DNA of 64,000 nucleotides, taken from assembly GCA_963833225.1 (NCBI GenBank), contig CAWHXD010000006.1:224001-288000 (forward strand), given 5' to 3'. The stretch is from an uncultured Chloroflexia bacterium. Lineage in GTDB: Bacteria > Chloroflexota > Limnocylindria > Limnocylindrales > CSP1-4. Below the pieces are notes generated by a model. That model ran no database searches, was not told where the DNA came from, and saw only the letters and a program-made list of their open reading frames with translations. The number at the start of each line of letters is the position of its first letter. The stretch's first letter is position 1. The translations under genes and the position numbers were made by a program. Shown here in pieces: positions 9,070 through 19,219 of this stretch.

Positions 9070-10520
9070 CACACGATCCGCAGGGCGCCGACGACGGTCA
9101 CCCGTCGCTCGCGCGAGAACGTCCGGGGCCGGGTCATCCCGTCGCCGGACGGGCTGGCGATGGACACCGTCGCGAACCCTTCGCCGCCCTCGCCGAGCCC
9201 CGTGAAGTTGGGGCCGTTGGCGACGAAGATCGAGCAGTTCATCGCGCGGGCCATGCGCGTGATCGTGGCCACGTTGGTCGAGTGGATCGACGCCGTGTGC
9301 CGGAAGCCGTGCTCGGAGCGGACCGCGAGGTCGATCGCCGCGTCGACATCCGGGACGCGCACCACCGGCAGCACCGGCATCATCTGCTCGGTCCAGACGA
9401 GCGCGTGCTCGATCGAGACCTCGGCGACCAGGACCCGCGGCTCCACGGTCGGCCGGACGCCGATCTCCGCGAGCAGGCGCGCCGCGTCCCGGCCGACCCA
9501 CGCGGTGTTGATGTGGCCGGGCTTCCCCGGCGAGCCGAGGTCCGAGAAGATGACCCGCTCCAGCCGCCGCAGCTCGTGCTCGGCGAGGACGTACGCCCCG
9601 TGCTGGGCCATGGATCTGACGAGGCGGTCCGCGATCGAGGCGATCGCGATGACCGTCTTCTCGTCGGTGCACACGATGTTGTTGTCGAACGAGGCGCCCC
9701 GGACGATGTCGGCCCCTGCCCGCTCCACGTCGGCCGTGTCATCGACCACCACCGGCGGGTTGCCGGGACCCGCGGTGATGGCGCGCTTGTCCGACTTGAG
9801 GGCCTCGCGGACGACGCCCGGCCCGCCGGTGACGAGCAGGAGCCGGACATCGGGATGGCTCATCAGGCCGCGCGCGCTCTCGATCGTGGGCTCCGCGACC
9901 GAGGCGATCAGTCCTGGCGGCCCGCCGGCGTCGACGATCGCTCGATGAATGAGGCGCACGGCCGCGTTCGACACCTTGCGCGCCGACGGGTGCGCGTTGA
10001 ACACCACGGCGTTGCCGGCCGAGATGATCGAGATGGCGTTGTTGATGACCGTGGCGGCGGGGTTCGTCACCGGCGAGATCGAACCCACGACCCCAAATGG
10101 CGCGAACTCGGTGATCGTCATCCCGCCCGCGCCCGACACCGCCTCGACCTCGAGATCCTCGGGTCCCGGCGTCTTGCTGGCGCACAGGCGGTTCTTGACC
10201 GTCTTGTCGTCGACCCGGCCCAGGCCCGTCTCTTCCACGGCAAGCCGAGCGAGCGCCTCGGCCTGGTCGAGCGTCGCGCGGCGGACGGCGGCGATGACCA
10301 CCTTCCGTCGATCGAGGTCGAGGGGGCTGCGCGACGCCGCCTTGGCCGCGGCGACCGCCTCGTCGAGGGTGGGAAACACGCCGTCGCCCAGCCGGCTGGC
10401 GGCCGGCGCCTCCAGCTCCGCGCGCACCGCCGCCTGGCGGGCGAGCAGCGGCTGTCCGGGCTCGCCGACGCGCCGGCGGGTCCGGTCGATGATGCTCTGG
10501 ATCTCGCGCTCGTCCACCAC
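9069..10520 (-). CDS. CoA-acylating aldehyde dehydrogenase (EutE/PduP-like) with N-terminal encapsulation peptide
   Basis: ETGLGRVDDK, PVTNP, TGGPGVV, GPGNPP, FDNNIVCTDEK (catalytic Cys), EQMMP; amphipathic N-terminus EREIQSIIDRTRRRVG. Confidence 0.92.
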   Translation of the reverse strand: MVDEREIQSIIDRTRRRVGEPGQPLLARQAAVRAELEAPAASRLGDGVFPTLDEAVAAAKAASRSPLDLDRRKVVIAAVRRATLDQAEALARLAVEETGLGRVDDKTVKNRLCASKTPGPEDLEVEAVSGAGGMTITEFAPFGVVGSISPVTNPAATVINNAISIISAGNAVVFNAHPSARKVSNAAVRLIHRAIVDAGGPPGLIASVAEPTIESARGLMSHPDVRLLLVTGGPGVVREALKSDKRAITAGPGNPPVVVDDTADVERAGADIVRGASFDNNIVCTDEKTVIAIASIADRLVRSMAQHGAYVLAEHELRRLERVIFSDLGSPGKPGHINTAWVGRDAARLLAEIGVRPTVEPRVLVAEVSIEHALVWTEQMMPVLPVVRVPDVDAAIDLAVRSEHGFRHTASIHSTNVATITRMARAMNCSIFVANGPNFTGLGEGGEGFATVSIASPSGDGMTRPRTFSRERRVTVVGALRIV

Positions 10521-10521
10521 G

Positions 10522-10809
<288 letters not shown>

Positions 10810-10834
10810 TGATTCCTCCCGACCGCTCGGGTCC

Positions 10835-10871
10835 GGGGGCGGCGCGCCGGTTGCCCGGCGCCACCGCCCCC
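10835..10871. terminator. GC-rich intergenic stem-loop after the BMC-H gene (mRNA-stabilising or attenuating)
   Basis: GGGGGCGGCGCGCCGG-ttgc-CCGGCGCCACCGCCCCC imperfect inverted repeat; no U-tract. Confidence 0.5.
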
Positions 10872-10898
10872 CTCGAGGGTCCTGGTTGGCGCCGGCGG

Positions 10899-11204
10899 TC
10901 AGCCGCCGAGCTCGGCCTTGGCCTCGTCGCTGCGGCCCAGCGGCAGCACGGTGTCCACGTTGGCGTGCGGGCGCGCGATGACATGGGTCGCCACGACCTC
11001 GCCGACCTTGCCGGCGCTGCGCGTGCCTGCCTCCACGGCGGCCTTGACCGCGGCGACGTCGCCGCGCACGACGGCGGTCACGTACCCGCCGCCCGTCTTC
11101 TCGTAGCCAACCAGCTCAACCTTGGCGGCCTTGACCATCGCGTCGGCCGCCTCGACGACCGCCGCGAAGCCACGAGCCTCGATCATGCCCAGTGCGTCTG
11201 CCAT
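10899..11204 (-). CDS. BMC-H hexameric shell protein (EutM/PduA family)
   Basis: [40 protein letters not shown]. Confidence 0.95.
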   Translation of the reverse strand: MADALGMIEARGFAAVVEAADAMVKAAKVELVGYEKTGGGYVTAVVRGDVAAVKAAVEAGTRSAGKVGEVVATHVIARPHANVDTVLPLGRSDEAKAELGG

Positions 11205-11283
11205 TGCCAGGACCCTCTCCCGTTTCGATGCTTGCCCCGGCCGGCCAGGCGGCCGCCGGGTGGATGGAATGGTCTGCGTTGCG

Positions 11284-11913
11284 CTACGCCTTGGCGTCGC
11301 GGCCGTCGATGGCCTCGATCGCGGCCACGGCGGCTCGCCAGGCCACGTCGATGTCTGCCTCCTCGCCGCCCAGGTACACGCGGCCCATGGAGCCGAACGA
11401 CCGGACCTCGAGGATGTTGATCTTGGCGGCCTTCTCGGCCTCGTTGGCGGCCAGCGGGGCGTAGGCAGCGGGCTCCATCTCGAGGACGTAGAGCGTCTGC
11501 CCGCCGATGATCATCTGGCCATGCCGCGTGCGGTTGATCAGCTGCGCCTGGTGGTCGTCGATGCGGCGGATGATCTGGGACGAGAGGATCCGCGGCCTGA
11601 TTCGTGCGTTCTCCTCCACGCCGAGCTCAGCCAGGATGGCGGCGCCGGCGGCCCGGACCTCCGCCTGTGACGGCGAGTGGATCTCGAGCAGGCCGAAGTA
11701 CCGCTCGATGATCTGCATGCCCGGCTTGACCGACGTTGACTTGAGCGCGATGTCCGTCAGCCGGTTGATCTCGATGCCCGGCGAGACCTCGATGTACAGC
11801 GAGGCATCGCCCGGGAGCGGCAGGAATCCCTGCGCCACCGTGCCCAGGAACGCGGCGTACTGCGCCTGGAGACTGTCCAGGAACACGTACGCCCGAAGGT
11901 CAATACCGGCCAC
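11284..11913 (-). CDS. BMC-T double-stacking shell protein (CcmP/CsoS1D-like)
   Basis: [64 protein letters not shown]. Confidence 0.9.
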   Translation of the reverse strand: MAGIDLRAYVFLDSLQAQYAAFLGTVAQGFLPLPGDASLYIEVSPGIEINRLTDIALKSTSVKPGMQIIERYFGLLEIHSPSQAEVRAAGAAILAELGVEENARIRPRILSSQIIRRIDDHQAQLINRTRHGQMIIGGQTLYVLEMEPAAYAPLAANEAEKAAKINILEVRSFGSMGRVYLGGEEADIDVAWRAAVAAIEAIDGRDAKA

Positions 11914-12787
11914 TGGAACCTCCCTCTCCGGTCACGATCCTGACACCCGCCGACGCCCCGATCCGGGTTGCGCCCGCGGCGATCATCTCTTCCACGTCGT
12001 CCTTGGTCCGGATCCCACCGCTGGCCTTGACGCCGATCTTGGGGCCCACGGCCTCGCGCATCAGCGCCACGTCGAACACGGTGGCCCCGCCCGAGGCATA
12101 CCCGGTGCTGGTCTTCACGAAGTCCGCCTTGGCCTGCTTCGCGAGCTGGCAGACGATCACCTTCTCGCGGTCGGTGAGGAGCGCGGTCTCGATGATCACC
12201 TTGTTGAGCGCCCCCGACTCGTGGCACGCGTCGCTGACCGCGGCGATATCCGCCCGGACCTGCTCGTGCAGCCCCGATTTGAGCGCCCCGATGTTGATGA
12301 CCATATCGATCTCGCGGGCACCGGCGCGGATCACGGAGCGCGCCTCGTGGGCCTTGATCTCGGGCATCGTGGCCCCGAACGGGAAGCCGATCACGCTGGC
12401 CACCGGCACACCCGTGCCCTTGAGGGTTGCGGCAGCCCTCGAGACCCAGACCGGGTTGATGCACACGCTCGCGAACCCGTGTCGCACCGCCTCGGCGCAC
12501 AGCCGGTCGATGTCCTCGGCCGTAGCGTCCGGCTTGAGCAGGGTGTGGTCGATGTACTTCGCGAGATCCGCCGGGATGTGGCCGCCGTCGCCCGTGTAGG
12601 TGATCCGCGACGCACCGCCGGCGACCACCTCGGCCACCTTGGGCGCGCACCGGGCGGCGCAGCTGCCCGAGCAGGTTGCGCACCCGTCGCAGGTGGCGGC
12701 CCCGTTGGTCCCGGCAAGGGTCGCCATCACCTGGCGGGTGATCGCGTCGATCAGTTGGGATCGGTCGTCAATGGGCGGGGCGGTCAT
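11900..12787 (-). CDS. deoC: Deoxyribose-phosphate aldolase with encapsulation peptide and Cys-rich N-terminal extension
   Basis: [47 protein letters not shown]. Confidence 0.93.
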   Translation of the reverse strand: MTAPPIDDRSQLIDAITRQVMATLAGTNGAATCDGCATCSGSCAARCAPKVAEVVAGGASRITYTGDGGHIPADLAKYIDHTLLKPDATAEDIDRLCAEAVRHGFASVCINPVWVSRAAATLKGTGVPVASVIGFPFGATMPEIKAHEARSVIRAGAREIDMVINIGALKSGLHEQVRADIAAVSDACHESGALNKVIIETALLTDREKVIVCQLAKQAKADFVKTSTGYASGGATVFDVALMREAVGPKIGVKASGGIRTKDDVEEMIAAGATRIGASAGVRIVTGEGGSSGRY

Positions 12788-13398
12788 CGGTGCGGTTCCT
12801 CTACGCTGGCGGTCCGGTACTGCTGCTCGATCTGGGCAATCTTGGCCACGCGCTTCCCGTGTCGTTCCGCGCCCCACGGAGTGGCGAGGAAGGTGTCGAC
12901 GATCTCGAGGGCGAGGCCCTCACCGATCATGCGAGCGCCCAGGGTCAGCACGTTGGCGTAGTTGTGCTCGCGCGCGTTGCGCGCCATCGAGGTGTCGTGG
13001 GCGTTCGCGGCGCGGATCCCCGGCACCTTGTTGGCGGCCATCGCGGAGCCGATGCCCGCACCGTCGATGACGATCCCTGCGGCGCACGCGCCGGAGGCGA
13101 CGAGGCGGGCCACCACGTGGGCGAAGTCCGGGTAGTCCACGGCGTCCGGCCCATTGGTGCCGCAATCCGTGACCCCCCACCCGTGCTCGGCGAGGTGCCT
13201 GGCGAGGACACCCTTGAGGGCGTAGCCGCCATGGTCCGCGCCGATGGCGACTGTCTTCGGATCGCCGCCGGTCGCGACGGGCGGCGGCGCAACGACGGAG
13301 GGAGCCGAAGCCGCCGGCGCGGTGGCCGCCGCGGCCTCGAGCGCGCGCTCGACCAGCTGGCGGACGACGAGCTCGTCGGGGAGGTGCAGCTCAGCCAT
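12784..13398 (-). CDS. rpiB: Ribose-5-phosphate isomerase B with N-terminal encapsulation peptide
   Basis: [45 protein letters not shown]; N-terminal [12 protein letters not shown] helix plus Ala/Pro linker. Confidence 0.9.
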   Translation of the reverse strand: MAELHLPDELVVRQLVERALEAAAATAPAASAPSVVAPPPVATGGDPKTVAIGADHGGYALKGVLARHLAEHGWGVTDCGTNGPDAVDYPDFAHVVARLVASGACAAGIVIDGAGIGSAMAANKVPGIRAANAHDTSMARNAREHNYANVLTLGARMIGEGLALEIVDTFLATPWGAERHGKRVAKIAQIEQQYRTASVEEPHR

Positions 13399-14365
13399 GG
13401 GCCAGCACCCATTCGGCCGTCGAGTCGTCGCACGCGAGCACATTGACGACTCCGGCACGGAGCGCCGCCAGGGCGATCGGGCCGCGGCCTGCGCCGGCGG
13501 CGATCCCCATGCGCAGCGGTTTGCGGGCCAGGTCGGCGAGGGGCAGCCCCACGGTCCGCCGATTGAGCTTGGGCCAGGCGATGTCGCCATGAGCGTCCAG
13601 GAAGCGCCCGACCACGTCGCCCACGGCGCCCTTCGCCCGCAGCTTCGCCTGTTCGGCCTCGTTCACGAACCCCGAGGCCAGGTGCGGCGAATCCCGGGCG
13701 GGGATGCCGAGCCCGAACACGGCTGAGCGGGCGGCGCGGGCGGCGTCGATCGTGTCGCGGATGGCTGCGTCGTTGACCAGCGCATCCGCCAGGTCCGCGG
13801 ATCCCACGATGGCCGGCGCCGACAGGCCGCGGAACGTGGCGCCGGAGGTGGCCGCGAACCGTTCCAGGATCTCGGTGGCGCGGGTTGGCTGGATGGAGCG
13901 GCTGGCGGCGCCGTTGAGCTGCAGGATCTCGGTCGCCTTCGTCCAGCCCATCGGAAGACGCTGGGCCACGGCGAGCATCGTGCGTCCCCAGGAGACGGCG
14001 ATCGCGCCGCCGGGCCGCTGCTTGGTCAGCATGTCCACGGCCACCTCGGCCACGGCCTCCCGTGCCAGGTCGTCGGCGGCCTCGCCCGCGGCGGCGGCGG
14101 GCACGTCCGCGACCCCGGCAGCCCGCAGGTGGAAACGCTCGACCAGCCGGTCCTCGAGGTCCACCAGCCTGGCCGCCGGATGCACGACCTCGATCCGGAC
14201 GATCGACTCCGTGACCGCCCGATCCAGCAGTCGACCGACCTGGAACCTGCTGAGGCCAAGTCGCCCGCCGATCTCGGCCTGCGACAGGTGCATCCCGTAG
14301 TAGAGCTGGGCGATCCGCACCATGAGGCGGACGTCATTCGTGCCCCGGCGACGAACTGCGAGCAC
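13391..14365 (-). CDS. SorC/DeoR(B. subtilis)-family sugar-binding transcriptional regulator
   Basis: IAQLYY..HLSQAEIGGRLGLSRFQVGRLL HTH; VSWGRT; GAVGDV; GGAGG RBS before GTG 14365. Confidence 0.9.
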   Translation of the reverse strand: MLAVRRRGTNDVRLMVRIAQLYYGMHLSQAEIGGRLGLSRFQVGRLLDRAVTESIVRIEVVHPAARLVDLEDRLVERFHLRAAGVADVPAAAAGEAADDLAREAVAEVAVDMLTKQRPGGAIAVSWGRTMLAVAQRLPMGWTKATEILQLNGAASRSIQPTRATEILERFAATSGATFRGLSAPAIVGSADLADALVNDAAIRDTIDAARAARSAVFGLGIPARDSPHLASGFVNEAEQAKLRAKGAVGDVVGRFLDAHGDIAWPKLNRRTVGLPLADLARKPLRMGIAAGAGRGPIALAALRAGVVNVLACDDSTAEWVLAHG

Positions 14366-14380
14366 CGTGCCTCCGCGTAG

Positions 14381-14452
14381 TGCACATATGAGCAGGTCGT
14401 CGCTCATCTGTGCGCGTGATCCGCAGCGTACCATCGTGGAGGCTGATGTCAA
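14381..14452 (-). promoter_or_regulatory. Sigma70-type promoter and candidate SorC-family operator for the BMC operon
   Basis: Minus strand TTGACA (14452-14447), N16, TGgTACGCT (-10 at 14430-14425); downstream inverted pair TGCACATATGAGCA (14381-14394) and CGCTCATCTGTGCG (14401-14414). Confidence 0.7.
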
Positions 14453-14474
14453 GCGGGGATTCGCGGTGTGAGGC

Positions 14475-15537
14475 CTAGTCGAGCGACCCGTATGCGGCCA
14501 TCACCACGTCGTCGAGCGTCTCGGCCGCGCCACCCCATTTGCCGCTCAGGGCGATGAGGACGAGGTCGTACCCAGGGTCGACCAGCAGTCGCGTCCCGGA
14601 CATTCCGCCGTGCAGGAACGCGAGGGGTGACGCCGGGCTCGAGGCGCCGGGCTTGCCCCAGCCAAGGGCGTAGTGCTCGCGGGTCAGGCGGTCGCCGGTG
14701 TCGCCGAGGCCATTCACGGTGACCTCGCGCGTCATCAGCTCGAGCAGGGGTCGCCCGAGGATCCGGACGCCGTCCAGCTCCCCGCCCCGGAGCATCGCCC
14801 GCCCGAATCGGATGAGGTCCCTGGCCGTGGACCACAGGCCGCCACCGGCGAGGTGGAGCGACGAATACGCCGCGACCAGGTCCTCCGCGGAGACGTCCGG
14901 CGGGATAGGTTGGACCGCACCGTCCCAGCTTCCCACCTCGACCGGGGCGCGGCGGTCACCTGCCCGAACGTGATCGAACGTGGTGTCGGTCATGCCCAGC
15001 GGGTCGAGGACCTCCTCCTGGAGCAGCTCCTCCCAGGGCCGCTCGAGCGCTCGCTCGATCGCCTCGGCAAGCAGGTCGAACGTGAACGTCGCGTACAGGA
15101 ACCGGCTGCCCGGGGGCCAGCCCTGGCCGGCACCGATCGTCCGCCGCAGCAGCTCGGCCCGGTCGCCGCTCGCCGAGAAGGAGATCGGCCAGGTCGATGT
15201 CCGCGAACCCGGTGGTATGCGTGAGCACGTGCCAGGCGGTGAACGGCTCGACGCCGGCGACGTCCAGCTCAGGCAGCCACCGCGAGAGGGGCGCGGTGAG
15301 CGGGAATCGCCCGGTCTGGGCCAGCCGCATCACCAGCGTTCCGAAGATCGGCTTGGTGATCGACGCCAGCAGGCAGATCGCGTTGCTGCCGATGCGCGTT
15401 CCGCGGGCCGGCGCGAACGCCTCGACACGACCCGGGTGCTCGGCGTCCGCGACACCGAGGATCAGGAACGGGACATCGCCCGCCTCCACCTTGCTGGCGG
15501 CGGCGGCGAACGCGGGGTCGAACGCGTGCGCTGGCAT
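14475..15537 (-). CDS. Beta-lactamase-family serine hydrolase (frameshifted in this sequence)
   Basis: SxxK motif (ASITK), LTHTTG, PLGMTDT, AGGGLWST, HGG; split over frames around 15.0-15.2 kb. Confidence 0.75.
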
Positions 15538-15678
15538 CAGCGGCAACGATAGGTCATGGTGGAGCCAGGCGGGTGAGCTGCGCGGGGATCCGCGTCGGCC
15601 GGGCGGCTGAGCGCGGCGACGATGAAATCGGCTATCGCGAGGGGACAGGTTTCCACCCGGCGGAGTAGCATTCCCTCC

Positions 15679-16419
15679 GTGACCGACCTCGCTCGCCCGA
15701 TCGTCGCCCAGCGCCGTGCCTCACCCATCGCCGAGGAGATCCGCCTCACGCTCGCCGACGCCTGGGGTGAGATGGGTGCGGCCTGGGGCGTCGCGCCCGC
15801 GATCGCGCGTGTCCACGCCTACCTCATGGCGCGCGCGGAGCCGTTGACGGAACGCGAGGTCCGCGAGGCGTTGGGGCTCTCGCATCGCGCCGCGAGCCTT
15901 GCTCTCGCCGAGGCCGAGTCCTGGGGCCTGGTCGAGCGCGTCGCTGAACCGCGCCGTGTCGGCCGCCGGGGCCCCGCCGGCACCGCCTACATGGCCGTGG
16001 GTGACCACTGGCGGTGGTTCGGACGGGTGGTCGCGGAACGCAAGGTCCGCGAGGGCGACCCGATCATCGTCGTGCTCGAGCGGACGCTCGGCGATGCGCA
16101 GCTCGCCCTGGCGCAGCATCCAGCCGATGCTGACCTGCTCCGGCTCCGGGACTGGCTGTCCACGTTCCTGATCTTCGTCCGGCTGTTCGACCGGGCGGTT
16201 GGCCTCGTGTCCCGCCTCGAGCCGACGGAGCTGGAGCGTGCGGTGCGCCTCCTGGGCGAGGTCCCGGACGAGACGATCCTGCGATTGATCACGCTGCTCG
16301 ACGGGCTCCCGGACCAGGACGTGCTGGGGCTGGTCGAGGCCCTGTCGCGGTTGTCGCCCACGTCCGCGCGCCGCGCCACCACCCTCATGAGCGGGGTCGT
16401 GAAGACGCTGGTCCGCTAG
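15679..16419 (+). CDS. GbsR/MarR-like winged-helix regulator
   Basis: WGEMGAAWGV...ARVHAYL...LTEREVREALGLS, typical GbsR N-terminus; TAGCAT-N7-GTG leaderless start. Confidence 0.75.
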   Translation: MTDLARPIVAQRRASPIAEEIRLTLADAWGEMGAAWGVAPAIARVHAYLMARAEPLTEREVREALGLSHRAASLALAEAESWGLVERVAEPRRVGRRGPAGTAYMAVGDHWRWFGRVVAERKVREGDPIIVVLERTLGDAQLALAQHPADADLLRLRDWLSTFLIFVRLFDRAVGLVSRLEPTELERAVRLLGEVPDETILRLITLLDGLPDQDVLGLVEALSRLSPTSARRATTLMSGVVKTLVR

Positions 16420-16483
16420 GGGAGCGGTGCGGGTCAGACACATGGCGCGCGCTGGACGGGCGCCGGCCGGACGCCCTCGACCG

Positions 16484-17275
16484 CTAGCCCTCGCTTGCCC
16501 CTTGCGGCATGCGCAGTTGCGCGGCCGCCGCAATGAGCTCGCCTCCGATCCGTTGGAGGAGGTCGTCGTCGAGACGGGTCGATGGCCCGGTGACGCCGAT
16601 CGCCCCGATCAGCGAGTCGCCGAGCCGGAGCGGCACCGCGACGCAGCTCACCCCGATCGACGTCTCGTCGTGATCCACGGCATACCCTCGCGCCCGGGCG
16701 TCCATGACAGCCCTGTACAGTGCCGGCCGATCATGGGCAGCGTTCGGCGTCCCTCCGTCGAAGGTGAGCCGATGGAGCTCATCCTCCAGTTCGGCTTCGG
16801 TCAATCCGGATAGGTACGCCTTTCCAACCGCCGAACAGTGCATGGGCCGCAGCGCGCCAAGTTGTTCGCGAATGCCAAGCACCTGCCTGGACGGGAAGAA
16901 CGCCGCATAGACCATGGATCCGCGCGCTGGCACCGCGAGCATCGTCGCCTCGCCGTACTGCGCGCGGACCGCACGCAGGATCGGATCGACAAGCTCGCTC
17001 AAATTGGCGTGGTCCGGCGCGCGGGACACGAGCCGGAGAAGGCGCGCGCCCACGGTCGCATACGTTCGGGTAATCGGGTCCCTTGCCACGTAGCCCGAGG
17101 CGGTCAGCTGGCGGAGCAGGCGGAGCGCCGTGCTGCGATCGATATCGAGAGCGCGCGCGAGCTCGGAAGGCGTGCTTGGGCCTTCGGCCAGCAGCTCGAG
17201 CGTCCGGAAGATGCGGGCAACTGCGGACCGGTCAGATCCGTTCTCGTCGCCGGTATCTGGCTTTGCCTCAGTCAT
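16484..17275 (-). CDS. IclR-family transcriptional regulator
   Basis: AVARIFRTLELL, ELARALDIDRSTALRLL, PMHCSAVGKA, RARGYAVD, CVAVP. Confidence 0.9.
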   Translation of the reverse strand: MTEAKPDTGDENGSDRSAVARIFRTLELLAEGPSTPSELARALDIDRSTALRLLRQLTASGYVARDPITRTYATVGARLLRLVSRAPDHANLSELVDPILRAVRAQYGEATMLAVPARGSMVYAAFFPSRQVLGIREQLGALRPMHCSAVGKAYLSGLTEAELEDELHRLTFDGGTPNAAHDRPALYRAVMDARARGYAVDHDETSIGVSCVAVPLRLGDSLIGAIGVTGPSTRLDDDLLQRIGGELIAAAAQLRMPQGASEG

Positions 17276-17444
17276 CTGGGGACGCCCCACTCTTCTCAGC
17301 GCCATGGTCACGGCTTGGCGCTCGGCGACGGCAGCCGGGTCGCGGACGTCAGCAAGGTCCCGATCGAGCGCCTGCCGACCGTCCGCATTGTAGGTGCGAC
17401 ACGGCGCGCTGTCCGCGCTGTCCGCGCTGTCCGTCCCCTCCGTG

Positions 17445-18272
17445 TCATCCCTTGAGGGACCCTGACAGGACGTCGGTGCCATATCGTCGCTGGAGCACGT
17501 AGTAGACGACGAGGACCGGCAGGGCAACCAGAATCGCGGCAGCGGATGTCACTTGATAGTTGAGGCCGAACTGCCGACCGACGAAGTAGTTGAGCGCGGC
17601 CGGGGCCATCTGCAGCTCCGCGTTCGGGATCATCACGATCGCGAGCAGCAGGTTGTTCCAGGTCCAGATGAACAGGATCGTGGCAAGGGCGAACGTCGCG
17701 GCGCCCGCGGTGGGCACGATCACTCGCCAAGCGTCTGCCACGCGCTGCGCCGTCAGTGCGGGCCGCGTCGAGCAGCTCCGTGGGAATCCACGGAAGAAAG
17801 ACGCCATCCAGAAGGTGCCGAAGGCCAGCGACCCGCCGATATCGGGCAGGATCATCGCCCAGTAGGTATCGATGAGCCTGAGGGCCCGAAATTCGTAGTA
17901 GAGCGGGATGATCGTCGATTCGTAGGGCACGACCAACCCAACCAGGAACAGCCCGTACAGCAGCCTCGATCCACGGAACCGCATCGTCCCGAAAGCGAAG
18001 CCAGTGAGGATGGACAGGAAGACAGAAGCCGACACGACGGTCACAGCCAAGATGAAGCTGTTGCGAAGCGACCGGCCGATCCCCGCGTCGGGGTCCGTCC
18101 ATGCGGCGATGAAGCTGTCCAGTGAAGGCTGGGTCGGAATGGCCAGCCCGTGCACGGTTGCGCCCGGCGGGTTGAAGGCGACGAGCGTCGTCGACAGCAG
18201 GGGCCACAGCGCGAACACTGCGAATGCCAGCAGCACGGCGTATGACAGGGCCTGCTCGCGTCGAGAGATCAT
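17445..18272 (-). CDS. Carbohydrate ABC transporter permease (MalG-like)
   Basis: LRNS, GFAF, WNNLL; the EAA loop (IPTELLDAARTDGA) lies in an adjacent frame, indicating compensating indels. Confidence 0.85.
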   Translation of the reverse strand: MISRREQALSYAVLLAFAVFALWPLLSTTLVAFNPPGATVHGLAIPTQPSLDSFIAAWTDPDAGIGRSLRNSFILAVTVVSASVFLSILTGFAFGTMRFRGSRLLYGLFLVGLVVPYESTIIPLYYEFRALRLIDTYWAMILPDIGGSLAFGTFWMASFFRGFPRSCSTRPALTAQRVADAWRVIVPTAGAATFALATILFIWTWNNLLLAIVMIPNAELQMAPAALNYFVGRQFGLNYQVTSAAAILVALPVLVVYYVLQRRYGTDVLSGSLKG

Positions 18273-19219
18273 CAGCGGCGCTCCCGGAACAAGCGACCAA
18301 CAATGAGGACCGCAGCAAGGACGACGATCGTCAGCAGCACGGCGATCGCGGAGCCGACCCCAACCTGGCCGTCCTGGAAGACGCTCCGATACATGAACAG
18401 CGAAGGGGTTGTGGTCGCGTAGCCCGGTCCGCCGCGGGTCGTCATCAAGGGCAGATCGAAGAGGCGGAGTGCGAAGATCACCGTCATGGTGAGGCCCACT
18501 GACAACTCATAGCGGAGACCAGGAAGCGTCACCGCTCGGAACTCCCACCACACCCCCGCCCCGTCGACCTTGGCCTGGTCGTACAGGTCACGCGGGATCC
18601 GCTGGGCACCGGCAAGGAGCAGCACGAGGACGAAACCGAAGTTCACCCACGCGCCCATCACCCCGACGGCGGGCATCGCCCAGAAGAAGTCGCCCAGCCA
18701 GGCGGTCTTCGCATCGGCCCCAAAGATCGCGCCGACGAACTGGTTCGCCGAGCCGTCCAGGGCAAGCAGCCAGCGCCATGCGATCGCCACGACCGCGAGC
18801 GCCAGCGTGTACGGGATGAAGTAGATAAGCCGGAACAGGCTCATGCCTCGGACCCGGGCCCGCGTCATCGCCACGGTGAGCAGGAGGCCCATCAGGACGG
18901 GCAGGATTCCCTGCAGGAGAACGAACGCGAGCGCCACCACGAAGGTGCCTCGCACATTCGGGTCAGCAAGGACGGTGCTGAAGTTCTCGACACCGACGAA
19001 CACCGGCGTTGTGAGCCCGTCCCAGTTGAACGTCGACAGCGAGAGTGTCGCGATGATCGGTACCAGCACAAAGGCGGTGTAGAAGACCAGCCCTGGCAGG
19101 ATCAGGATGTACGGCAGGAACCTGGACTCGCCCAGCGGCCCCTGTCGCGCCGAGGGAGCAAGGTGACGCGGGAAGCGAGCGACCCTGGTGCTCGGGGCCG
19201 CCCGTCGGCCGTCGGTCAC
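18272..19219 (-). CDS. Carbohydrate ABC transporter permease (MalF-like)
   Basis: FVGVENF, YFIPY, IPRDLYDQAKVDGA, FRAVTLPGL, MTTRGGPG. Confidence 0.88.
   Translation of the reverse strand: MTDGRRAAPSTRVARFPRHLAPSARQGPLGESRFLPYILILPGLVFYTAFVLVPIIATLSLSTFNWDGLTTPVFVGVENFSTVLADPNVRGTFVVALAFVLLQGILPVLMGLLLTVAMTRARVRGMSLFRLIYFIPYTLALAVVAIAWRWLLALDGSANQFVGAIFGADAKTAWLGDFFWAMPAVGVMGAWVNFGFVLVLLLAGAQRIPRDLYDQAKVDGAGVWWEFRAVTLPGLRYELSVGLTMTVIFALRLFDLPLMTTRGGPGYATTTPSLFMYRSVFQDGQVGVGSAIAVLLTIVVLAAVLIVGRLFRERR

Noticed and set aside
17405-17433. Short tandem repeat (GCGCTGTCC x3); similar short repeats at 3390-3430 and 56781-56810
   Set aside because: Simple slippage-type repeats with no evidence of function.
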